NCBI GenBank assembly: GCA_963677845.1
Contig: OY782498.1
Location: 1,431,518 to 1,495,517 of the forward strand
Reading direction: 5' to 3'
Length of the DNA: 64,000 nucleotides
DNA from: an uncultured Pseudodesulfovibrio sp.
GTDB taxonomy: Bacteria; Desulfobacterota; Desulfovibrionia; Desulfovibrionales; Desulfovibrionaceae
Below the pieces are notes generated by a model that saw only the letters and a program-made list of their open reading frames with translations, was not told the origin of the DNA and did not search any database. Below, one piece after another: positions 29,576 through 38,204 of the stretch; the stretch's first letter is position 1, and the number at the start of each line of letters is the position of its first letter. A program made the translations under genes and the position numbers.

Positions 29576-29615
29576 TATGTGAGGACTTTTTTGTAGGAAG
29601 AGGGAGAATTACGTC

Positions 29616-31022
29616 ATGGCCGAGATTCTCATTATTGATGGGGACAGGAGTTTTACTCAAGCCTTGGGGAAAGCTCTTGCAACACACGGTCTGCCGACGG
29701 CAGACTGTGATACACTGTCACGTGCGATGGGCCTACTTCACACCGGAGACTACAAGGCTGTACTGCTTGGAGATGATCTTGCGGATGGTGACAGTCTAGC
29801 TTACCTCGCAACGATCAGAGAAATTCCGTCCTTTCCTGAAGTCATCGTCATTTCCCGTAGCCGAAATCCTGACATGGCGGAATTGGCCATTCAAAACGGT
29901 GCGTGGAATTACATCACCAAACCGCTGAACATGCAGCGACTTCTCGTCCTTATCAAGCGTGTCATAGAATATCATGAAGAACGATATAGCGGTGGCATCC
30001 GATGTTCCCTGCGTCGTTCCGGTATCATTGGCAACAGCCGCCTGCTTCAATCCTGCCTGGATACACTGGCTCATGCTGCCAGCTCAGATGCAAATGTTCT
30101 TATCACCGGAGAAACCGGGACAGGCAAAGAACTCTTCGCACGAGCCATTCACAAAAACAGTGAACGAGCAGCAAATCCTTTTATTGTTGTTGACTGTGCT
30201 GCCCTACCAGACTCTTTGGCAGAGAACCTTCTCTTTGGTCATGAACGCGGAGCATACACTAGCGCAGATAGAAATTCCGTGGGGTTAGTCAAACAAGCTG
30301 ACAGCGGTGTTCTCTTTCTTGATGAAGTAGGAGAATTGCCGATGTCCCTGCAAAAAGTTTTTCTGCGTGTACTGGAAGGACGAAGCTTTCGTCCTGTTGG
30401 TGGCATGAAGGAAATCCAGAGTAATTTTCGTCTTGTAGCAGCAACCAATCGAAACCTTGAGGCCATGGTTGAAAAAGCAGACTTCCGGCGGGATCTTTTT
30501 TATCGGCTGCGCGGTATCCGCATGCAACTTCCGCCACTTCGATCAATCACCGAAGACATTAACGAATTGACATGTAAATTCATTCAGCATCATTCCAAAC
30601 GACTTAAAATGGCGAGCAAAGGATTTTCGCCTGATTTCTTGGATGCACTGATGAACTATAAATGGCCAGGCAACATCCGAGAACTTCAAAACACCATTGA
30701 GCAAGCCCTTTCACGAGCTGGCAAAGAATCGATCCTCTACCCTCGTCACCTGCCACGTGCCATCCGTGCGGAAATTGCTCGTCGTGATATGGAAAAAGGA
30801 ATCAGTAGAGAAGAACATCAGGACCACTTACGTATTGATCCACAAGATTTTCCGACTCTCAAAGAGTATCGAAATCTTCAGTATGAAGAAATGGAAAAAC
30901 GGTATCTTCTTAATCTATTTGAGATAACCGGAGGAGATGTCAAAAAATCATGCGAAGTCGCAGGAATTTCTCGCGCTCGATTTTATGTCCTCATCAAACA
31001 GCACGGAATATCAAGGGATTGA
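29616..31022 (+). CDS. Sigma-54-dependent NtrC-family response regulator (REC-AAA+-Fis HTH)
   Basis: GETGTGKELFARAIH Walker A, LFLDEVGEL, a GAYTSA variant of the GAFTGA loop, WPGNIRELQN, and a C-terminal HTH (GDVKKSCEVAGISRARFY). Confidence 0.9.
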   Translation: MAEILIIDGDRSFTQALGKALATHGLPTADCDTLSRAMGLLHTGDYKAVLLGDDLADGDSLAYLATIREIPSFPEVIVISRSRNPDMAELAIQNGAWNYITKPLNMQRLLVLIKRVIEYHEERYSGGIRCSLRRSGIIGNSRLLQSCLDTLAHAASSDANVLITGETGTGKELFARAIHKNSERAANPFIVVDCAALPDSLAENLLFGHERGAYTSADRNSVGLVKQADSGVLFLDEVGELPMSLQKVFLRVLEGRSFRPVGGMKEIQSNFRLVAATNRNLEAMVEKADFRRDLFYRLRGIRMQLPPLRSITEDINELTCKFIQHHSKRLKMASKGFSPDFLDALMNYKWPGNIRELQNTIEQALSRAGKESILYPRHLPRAIRAEIARRDMEKGISREEHQDHLRIDPQDFPTLKEYRNLQYEEMEKRYLLNLFEITGGDVKKSCEVAGISRARFYVLIKQHGISRD

Positions 31023-31036
31023 AAATGATTAGCCAC

Positions 31037-31088
31037 AAAAAAGAACTCCCTGATACCACTTATTGTGATTTCAGGGAGTTCTTTTTTT
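31037..31088. terminator. Bidirectional terminator between convergent genes
   Basis: gaactccctga...tcagggagttc stem flanked by an A-run and a T-run. Confidence 0.6.
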
Positions 31089-31105
31089 GAGACAATAATT
31101 TTGAA

Positions 31106-32338
31106 TTATTCTTTCAAAGTTGCGACATAATCCATAATGGCTTGTGCAGAACGTTTGGAGAGATTCACCGCCTCAGCCACAGTCTTGGCGCCTGTGACAA
31201 CATCACCTGAAGCAAAAACTCCTTCCCGAGTGGTTCGGCCATCTTCATTGGTTATGATGAGGCCTGTTTTACCGACTTCAATACCGGACAAATTATCTCG
31301 CGGAGCCTGACTGGCCGCAATAAAGACTGTGTCCGCTTCAAGAAAGTGTTCACTGCCCTCTTCAGTCACAAGACGCATTGAACCGTCCTGTTCCTCAAGG
31401 TGAGTTTTGACACATCGAATACCATCATCCAAAATTTCGAGAGGTGTAGTATAAAATTGAAATGCGACACCATCAAGTTTGGCATACTCATACTCGTATT
31501 TGGTGGCCGACATATTTTCTTCGCCACGGCGATAGAGGACTGTGACCTCTTCCGCCCCCTTGCGTCGGGCTGTTCTGGCAACATCCATGGCCACATTTCC
31601 TGCGCCGATAACAAACACTCGCTTGCCTAAAGAATAAACATTAGGATTTTTGAGATAATTAATCGCGTAGTGGACCGTTCCCAAAGTTTCACCTTTGATA
31701 CGTAAAGGCTTGGGACTCCACACACCGGTCCCGATGAAGATTGCCTTGTATCCATCACGCAAAAGATCTTCGAGCGTAATAATAGGACCAATGACCATAT
31801 TGGGCCGTATTTTAACACCCAGCCGTTCCAACATCTTCTTGAGTTTGACCAAAATGCTTTTTGGCAAACGAAAATCGGGAATGCCGTACTGAAGAACTCC
31901 GCCTATCTTATCTTCGGATTCGAAAATAGTCACATCAAAACCCTTTGAAGCAAGGATAAAGGCAACAGTAAGGCCAGCAGGCCCGGAACCAACTATCGCT
32001 ATCTTTTTGCCATTATTCTCATGCTCGGGCTTCTTCATCTGAAGCTGTTCCAGATAATAACTGGAGATATAGTTTTCGATGTCACTGACCTGAATAGGAG
32101 AACTCTTTTTGCCAAGAATACAATGGCCTTCACAGAAATTTTCATGCGGACAGATAAGAGAACAAACAACAGATAGCGGATTGTTATTAAACAAAAGTTC
32201 GCCCGCTTCGTATGTCTTCCCGTCAAGCAAGAGTTTTATAACTTCATTAATTGGGGTACTGATCGGACACCCCTTGCTGCACAACGGTTTCTTGCATTGC
32301 AAGCAGCGACTCGCCTCTTCAATGATATGCTTTCCCAT
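31106..32338 (-). CDS. Glutamate synthase small-subunit-like NAD(P)H oxidoreductase (GltD/SudA/NfnB family), stand-alone
   Basis: N-terminal Fe-S domain (CLQCKKPLCSKGCP..CPHENFCEGHC), IAIVGSGPAGL and a second dinucleotide fold VIGAGNVAMD. Confidence 0.8.
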   Translation of the reverse strand: MGKHIIEEASRCLQCKKPLCSKGCPISTPINEVIKLLLDGKTYEAGELLFNNNPLSVVCSLICPHENFCEGHCILGKKSSPIQVSDIENYISSYYLEQLQMKKPEHENNGKKIAIVGSGPAGLTVAFILASKGFDVTIFESEDKIGGVLQYGIPDFRLPKSILVKLKKMLERLGVKIRPNMVIGPIITLEDLLRDGYKAIFIGTGVWSPKPLRIKGETLGTVHYAINYLKNPNVYSLGKRVFVIGAGNVAMDVARTARRKGAEEVTVLYRRGEENMSATKYEYEYAKLDGVAFQFYTTPLEILDDGIRCVKTHLEEQDGSMRLVTEEGSEHFLEADTVFIAASQAPRDNLSGIEVGKTGLIITNEDGRTTREGVFASGDVVTGAKTVAEAVNLSKRSAQAIMDYVATLKE

Positions 32339-32630
32339 AAGACTCGGATATTTGTTAGGAAGTGTTAACCCAATGGAAGACTCAAAGACATCTGAATGTC
32401 GTTGTCGACCGAACTTTTGACAATAAGCAGTGATTGATGATGATATTTTGATGCCATTGTCAAGGAGATTTCAGACTTCAAAAGCCTGTTTTAAAGCAAA
32501 CATAACGAAAAAGAATTCACCATTGTAACTACGTATATTTGAATAAAAAAAGACAAGAACTTTTTATGTGGTCTTATTAACTACAAACAGTTCATTATTG
32601 GGGTAGACAACAAGAAAAGCGAGGTAAATT

Positions 32631-33086
32631 ATGCAAGTAGCCGTAGAATCACAAGCTCCTGACTTCACTTTGAAAGATGTAGCGGGTCAAAAAATATCTC
32701 TGTCTGATTATGCTCAAAAAAAACATGTATTGCTCGTCTTCAATAGAAGTTTCTTGTGACCATTCTGCCGACAGCACATGACGCAGTTGCGTCAAGAATA
32801 CGAACAGATCAAGGCTTTGGACATTGAAATACTCGTTGTCGGGCCTGAAAAACCACAATCTTTTATAACATATTGGGAAAAAGAAAAAATTCCCTTTGTC
32901 GGGCTTCCCGACCCGAAACACTCTGTGTTGAATCTTTATGGACAAGAAGTACGTCTTATTAAATTAGGCAGAATGCCAGCCCAAATGTTGATAGATAAAA
33001 ATGGAATCTTAAAATTTGTATATTATGGAAAATCCATGGCAGACATACCCGATGTCAACCAAATAAAAAGCGCATTAAAGGCCTAA
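32631..33086 (+). CDS. Prx-like2/AhpC-TSA family thiol-disulfide oxidoreductase, selenocysteine-containing (UxxC; TGA at 32757-32759)
   Basis: ATG at 32631 (GAGG RBS) is in frame with track ORF 32778-33086. The translation MQVAVESQAPDFTLKDVAGQKISLSDYAQKKHVLLVFNRSFL-U-PFCRQHMTQL places the TGA exactly at the first Cys of the family's CxxC redox motif. Confidence 0.75.
32779..32794 (+). promoter_or_regulatory. Candidate SECIS hairpin for the Prx-like gene
   Basis: UGACGC-AGUU-GCGUCA (6-bp stem, GU-containing loop) starting 20 nt after the UGA. Confidence 0.4.
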
Positions 33087-33138
33087 AAAAAGAACCCGGT
33101 CCTATGGCCAGGTTCTTTTTTATGATTTTACGAAATCG

Positions 33139-33618
33139 CTACTTAAATTCATGCACCAAAATAAAATCATTGGCAGCACGCGTCCCATGGCAACCAATGC
33201 AACCTGCCGGCTTTCCAGCCTTGTCTGCCGTGCCATCGGGTGAATATTTCACCCAAAACCAGTCTCCATCGCTTGGATTATACCCACTCACCTTATACAT
33301 GACTGTTATGGCCGCAAGCTTTTCATCAGGGCTATAATTTTCTTTAACCTCAATGGTGCCACATGCAACTGGCGGCATTTTTGAATTCAACCCAGCCGAA
33401 TTCACATAAACCTTGTGTTTCGGACCATGAGGAGCACGACCGGGTTGCATTCCTTCATGATCCGGCCAGAAACCCCACTCAGTATATGGATCAACCTTGG
33501 TGATATAGTTCCATAACTCTTTTGCATCTGGTCCCGGTTTTCCTTCGGCCAAAGCAGAACCAGCCAGCAAAGACAATGTAAAAGCCGCACAGAGAGCAAT
33601 CAGACAACACTTTTTCAT
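33139..33618 (-). CDS. Secreted cytochrome P460-family-like monoheme protein
   Basis: Signal peptide, then a single C-terminal CIGCH heme motif followed by NDFILV. GTIEVKE and DWFWVKY segments match the general P460-fold pattern as I recall it. Confidence 0.55.
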   Translation of the reverse strand: MKKCCLIALCAAFTLSLLAGSALAEGKPGPDAKELWNYITKVDPYTEWGFWPDHEGMQPGRAPHGPKHKVYVNSAGLNSKMPPVACGTIEVKENYSPDEKLAAITVMYKVSGYNPSDGDWFWVKYSPDGTADKAGKPAGCIGCHGTRAANDFILVHEFK

Positions 33619-33646
33619 GGGAGACTCCTTGTATTATCATTATGGC

Positions 33647-34411
33647 CTAAAACAAACCTCTCACAAGATAAAAGCCGGTAAAAAGCTGCATGAAAGCCAA
33701 TAGGACCAGTATGAGATTATTGACGCCATGGAATATGGGCAGTATTTTTCTCGAAGCTTTTTTGAATTTCATATATAAACCGGAACCTTCACCAAAAACA
33801 ATCATTGGTAACATGATCATTGCAATCGTTCGGTGGTCACCTGTCATGCCGGCCTCGCCATAGATCAGTTTTGCCATAATTCCTCCAGCAATCATGCCGA
33901 AAAACCATGTACTCATGACAACAATTCCATAGCGGACATGCCCTTTCCAATTAAACCGAACTTTATGTTTAAAAAGGGAAATTCTAATTCGATTGATACC
34001 CTGCCATGCTACCCAAAGAGATAAAACAAACGCGAGGGTCATGAAAACGGGATGTCCAAGAGCCATAAAAATGGGCATTTTTTGCGATGTGGAAATAGTC
34101 ACATCAGCTTTATGAGAAGACTCACAGTTCAGAATTTGTGCTACAGGCTGAGTCTGCCCACTCAACAACAGAGAGAATGCCGCAATCTCATCGTCCGAGA
34201 CTTTTGCTCCATTGGAAACCATGCGCTTGACAGTCGGCCCCCAAAAATCCTCTCCCTTACCCCAATTGGCACAAATGCGGTCAGCCGTATGACAGACAAC
34301 ACATCGCTCCTTGATTAAGGATGGCTCAATCTGTAAAGCGAAGCCATTTACAGCAGGAAAAGAAAACATGACCATTACCAAAAATATAAGAATACGATAC
34401 GAAATTTTCAT
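33647..34411 (-). CDS. Membrane protein with an N-terminal periplasmic c-type heme domain (CVVCH) fused to a four-TM His-rich module
   Basis: Start proposed at MKISYRILIFLVMV (signal/anchor); the track ORF begins at 34450. CxxCH is at residues about 37-41. The C-terminal half has four hydrophobic helices, each near a His (ALGHP, KGHVRYG, GDHRT, IFHGV). Confidence 0.5.
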   Translation of the reverse strand: MKISYRILIFLVMVMFSFPAVNGFALQIEPSLIKERCVVCHTADRICANWGKGEDFWGPTVKRMVSNGAKVSDDEIAAFSLLLSGQTQPVAQILNCESSHKADVTISTSQKMPIFMALGHPVFMTLAFVLSLWVAWQGINRIRISLFKHKVRFNWKGHVRYGIVVMSTWFFGMIAGGIMAKLIYGEAGMTGDHRTIAMIMLPMIVFGEGSGLYMKFKKASRKILPIFHGVNNLILVLLAFMQLFTGFYLVRGLF

Positions 34412-34514
34412 ACTTAAATACATCTGATAATCATCCCTATAAGTCAACACATCTCCCTTATTAATAACATGAACTCTTCTTGTTTCTTCTACTCAACCAT
34501 TCTATGAATGGATC

Positions 34515-34835
34515 ATGTCGTCATCGCCATTTACGTTGAAAGTCATAAAAATCATCCGTTCGATACCTCATGGAAAGGTTGCTACGTATGGTGGGATTGC
34601 CACCATGGCTGGTAATCGTCGAGCGGCCCGACAGGTTGCTCGTATTCTCCACTCCTGCTCTCGAAAGGAAGGACTTCCCTGGCACAGGGTACTCAACAGG
34701 GAAGGTCGTATCTCCCTCGCTCGTCAGCAGGGGTATGAGGACCAAAAAGAATTACTTGTAAATGAAGGTATCTTATTCGACGCGTCGGACAGAATAAATC
34801 TCGACGATTTTCTGTGGTATAAGAAAATAGTCTGA
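34515..34835 (+). CDS. Alkyltransferase-like protein (ATL/YbaZ type, MGMT DNA-binding domain without the acceptor Cys)
   Basis: IPHGKVATYGGIA..AARQV.. and LPWHRVLN, where MGMT has PCHRV (Cys replaced by Trp). Confidence 0.8.
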   Translation: MSSSPFTLKVIKIIRSIPHGKVATYGGIATMAGNRRAARQVARILHSCSRKEGLPWHRVLNREGRISLARQQGYEDQKELLVNEGILFDASDRINLDDFLWYKKIV

Positions 34836-34898
34836 TCATATATCTTTTATTGCTAAAATTGGTTGCATTTCAGCCCCCTTTTGCAATAGATTGCCTCC

Positions 34899-35348
34899 AT
34901 GAAACAAATACAAATTCGCTCTATTCTCTGTATTTTGGCCGTAATTTCATTGTGTGCTTGCGCCAGTAAAGCCCCTGAAATGGGAATGCACAATGGCACA
35001 TTTGCCGTATGCGGCGAAACAAATGACTGCGTTTCATCACAAGCCACTAATCCCAAAAATAAAATTGCTCCAATTATAGCCCATGGAGATTCTGAAATTG
35101 TCATGGTTGATTTGGGCAACGCAATTGAGTCCATATTCGGGGGTAAAGTCTTGCTCGTTGAGGACAATTATCTTCGTGCTGAATTCAAAAGCTCAGTCAT
35201 GCGTACCATGGACGATGCTGAATTCTTCTATGATCAGCATGCGGGAATAATTCACGTTCACGCAATCTCACGTGGAGACTTTTTGGATTTTGGCGGAAAT
35301 AGAGATCGTATTGAAGAATTACGACAAATTTTTGAGAAATCACAATAG
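34899..35348 (+). CDS. DUF1499-family lipoprotein
   Basis: Lipobox LCAC, NDCVSSQA, YLRAEFKS..MDDAEF and RGDFLDFGGNRDRIEEL patterns. Confidence 0.7.
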   Translation: MKQIQIRSILCILAVISLCACASKAPEMGMHNGTFAVCGETNDCVSSQATNPKNKIAPIIAHGDSEIVMVDLGNAIESIFGGKVLLVEDNYLRAEFKSSVMRTMDDAEFFYDQHAGIIHVHAISRGDFLDFGGNRDRIEELRQIFEKSQ

Positions 35349-35367
35349 ATTACAATTCTATCACGAT

Positions 35368-35402
35368 AAAAAAAAGACCGCACAATGTGCGGTCTTTTTT
35401 TT
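35368..35402. terminator. Bidirectional terminator between the DUF1499 gene and the ferredoxin gene
   Basis: A8-agaccgcac-aat-gtgcggtct-T9. Confidence 0.65.
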
Positions 35403-35417
35403 CACGAATGTTATTCT

Positions 35418-35627
<210 letters not shown>

Positions 35628-35927
35628 TCAACCTATATGATTTTCAGTTGGTGTAATATAGCCTGTCTGTCAATTTGGTGGCAACACTTTTCATGAAAAA
35701 ATATTGAACACACTCAATCAACCATTATGAAAACTGTTGAAAAAACGTGCGCCTCACTCAAGGCCCCATAATATTAATTAGTTAAAATATTTTAAATAAT
35801 TAAGCTCTTTTGCGTTCTTCATCAGTAAAAAGCCTCGGAAAAAAAAAGATTTAATGATAATTTGTCATGAGATAATAGTTCATTACCGAAATCAGTTGTC
35901 ATTAATAATCTCTTTTTTGAGGATTCC

Positions 35928-38153
35928 ATGCCGTCATTTCTTAAAAATGCATTTAAAAAAGATCAGCTCATCCTTCTTGTCGCCGGAGTGAGTATTACTA
36001 TTGTCATGGTCCTCCTCTTTCTCAGTCAGCCTCAATTCCTCTACTTACTGGAATTAAAGATATATGATCATTATATAAAAGAATATCATGGACCAGTTTC
36101 AACCAATATCCCTGTTATCATCGACCTTGATGAAAAAAGCTTGGCTGAAAAAGGCCAATGGCCCTGGCCAAGATATCGTGTAGCCATGCTCATGAAATAT
36201 CTGCAGGCATACGGTGCAGCAGCCATTGCTTCAGATATTATTTTTGTTGAACCAGACCGGACATCGCCCATAAACATCAAAAAAGATGTAAAAAGGGATT
36301 TGGACCTCAATATTAGTTTCAAAGGATTACCCGTTGATTTTGATGACTACGATGCATTATTGGCGGCCAATCTCAAAACAGGACCTTTCGTTCTTGGCAT
36401 TGATTTTATCGCAAGCGCTAAAAATCAGCGAAATGTTTCTCAAGAGCGACCCCAATGTACTGTCAAACCCGCCAAGGTTGCAGTCCTCGCCCCTCCTGGT
36501 TCTATGGCTCCGCTTGATGCCATTCCTCAGGCAGAGGATATGATCTGTCCCATTCCGATATTAGCAGAGGCCGCTGCACGAAGTGGGTTCATTACAATTT
36601 CCCCTGATGCAGATTCAGTCTACAGGCGCGTGCCTCTCCTCTTCAGTTGCAAAGGAAATATCTATCCCAGTCTTGCTCTGGCCTCGCTCATGCAGGCAAC
36701 CGGCATAAATAGCATGATTCTAAAAATGTCCTCGTTAGGCGTAGAATCGATCAAACTCAAAGGAATGGTTATCCCAACAGACCATCATGGACGAATGTTG
36801 ATCAACTATCGCGGTACAATGAAAACATTTGAGTATATAAGCGCCGCTGACGTTCTTGACAGGAAACTCCCTAACGGAGCACTTCAAGGGCGGATTGCTC
36901 TGATCGGGACGTCTGCTTCAGGACTGAAGGATTTGCGCCCTACACCACTTGATCCGGGCGCTCCAGGGGTAGAAACCCATGCAACAATCATCGATAATAT
37001 TTTATCAAAGCAATTTATTTCCATCCCGGACTGGACGAAAGGAATTGAGTTTTCCGGCATGGTACTAGCGGGGCTTGTCACGACCTTTCTCCTCATGTGG
37101 GCCCGAGCTTCCTGGATAGTACTCCCTCTGATAGGCCTAAGTTATGCGATGTGGTATGGATCAATTCTCCTTTATCAAGAACAAAACTACTTCATATCCC
37201 CCATGTATTCCTATCTTACTTTGGCTGTAACATTCGCTTCTTTGACCATTCTAAAATTCTGGCGAGAAGAACATGCCAAAAAATTCATTCATGGAGCGTT
37301 TGCCCATTATCTGTCTCCATCAGTTATTTCTCAAATAATGGACAATCCAGATGCCTTATCTCTGGAAGGTCAGGAAAAAGACATAACTATTCAATTCTCA
37401 GATGTTCGTGGTTTCACCTCACTATCGGAAAAACTTTCTCCGACACAAGTGACAGACCTTTTGCATGATTACCTGACGCCAATGACTCGAATCATTACAG
37501 AAAATGAGGGGACACTGGACAAGTTCATCGGTGATGCGGTCATGGCTTTCTGGAACGCACCACTTGATGTGGAAAATCATCAAGATAAAGCATTAATAGC
37601 CGCAATTAATCAACTGGACCGTCTGGAACAATTGAACGATGAATTCATGAAAAAATATGGATTTACCATCGCCGTAGGCATTGGTATTCACTCGGGTCCT
37701 GTGCGAGTCGGGAATATGGGGTCCGCAGATTTATTCGATTACACACTCATTGGTGACAATGTAAATCTAGCTTCACGTCTTGAAGGATTGACCAAATATT
37801 ACGGTCAAAAGCTGGTGGTCAGTCAAGACGTAATCAATGCCTGTAAAGAAGGATATTACTGTCGAATACTCGATAATGTTCGAGTAAAAGGCAAAAAAGA
37901 ATCAGTCACTATCTATACGGTTTACAAACAAAAAGAAGCCTTAGAACGTAAGGACGAACTCGCTCTATATCAAACAGCTTATGATGCATATACAAACAAA
38001 AAGTTCGAGGAAGCCAAAAAACTGTTTATAAAACTCAAAGGAACAGGGAAAGATCAATTATTGTACGATCTGTACATCAAACGATGTGCACACCTCATAG
38101 AGGTCCCTCCTGAATCCGATTGGGATGGTGTATTCAATCACAAAACAAAATAA
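35928..38153 (+). CDS. CHASE2 sensor-domain class III adenylate/guanylate cyclase
   Basis: N-terminal TM helix, a periplasmic CHASE2-like region (GQWPWPR), three TM helices, then the cyclase core ITIQFSDVRGFTSLSE..KFIGDAVMAFWNAP..IGIHSGPVRVGNMG and a helical C-terminal tail. Confidence 0.85.
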   Translation: MPSFLKNAFKKDQLILLVAGVSITIVMVLLFLSQPQFLYLLELKIYDHYIKEYHGPVSTNIPVIIDLDEKSLAEKGQWPWPRYRVAMLMKYLQAYGAAAIASDIIFVEPDRTSPINIKKDVKRDLDLNISFKGLPVDFDDYDALLAANLKTGPFVLGIDFIASAKNQRNVSQERPQCTVKPAKVAVLAPPGSMAPLDAIPQAEDMICPIPILAEAAARSGFITISPDADSVYRRVPLLFSCKGNIYPSLALASLMQATGINSMILKMSSLGVESIKLKGMVIPTDHHGRMLINYRGTMKTFEYISAADVLDRKLPNGALQGRIALIGTSASGLKDLRPTPLDPGAPGVETHATIIDNILSKQFISIPDWTKGIEFSGMVLAGLVTTFLLMWARASWIVLPLIGLSYAMWYGSILLYQEQNYFISPMYSYLTLAVTFASLTILKFWREEHAKKFIHGAFAHYLSPSVISQIMDNPDALSLEGQEKDITIQFSDVRGFTSLSEKLSPTQVTDLLHDYLTPMTRIITENEGTLDKFIGDAVMAFWNAPLDVENHQDKALIAAINQLDRLEQLNDEFMKKYGFTIAVGIGIHSGPVRVGNMGSADLFDYTLIGDNVNLASRLEGLTKYYGQKLVVSQDVINACKEGYYCRILDNVRVKGKKESVTIYTVYKQKEALERKDELALYQTAYDAYTNKKFEEAKKLFIKLKGTGKDQLLYDLYIKRCAHLIEVPPESDWDGVFNHKTK

Positions 38154-38185
38154 AAAAGGGCCGTTAAAAAAACGGCCCTTTTGCA
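38152..38185. terminator. Bidirectional terminator
   Basis: A-run-gggccgtt-aaaaa-aacggccc-T-run. Confidence 0.6.
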
Positions 38186-38204
38186 TTTTTATATGATTTA
38201 AAAC

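Noticed and set aside
29400-29687. Small ORFs 29400-29582 (+) and 29445-29687 (-) in the regulator/hdr intergenic region.
   Set aside because: They are overlapping, AT-rich and lack RBSs. One runs into the regulator's start, and the region is better explained as promoter/UAS DNA.
34408-34450. Apparent 1-nt discrepancy between my hand translation (ctataaagtc) and the ORF-track protein (MLTYRDDYQ...) at the 5' end of the membrane heme-c gene. This could have suggested a frameshift.
   Set aside because: The ORF track is computed from the sequence and its frame is consistent with the stop at 33647. The mismatch is most likely my own base-counting error, so no frameshift is claimed. The start at MKISY (34411) is taken from track coordinates.
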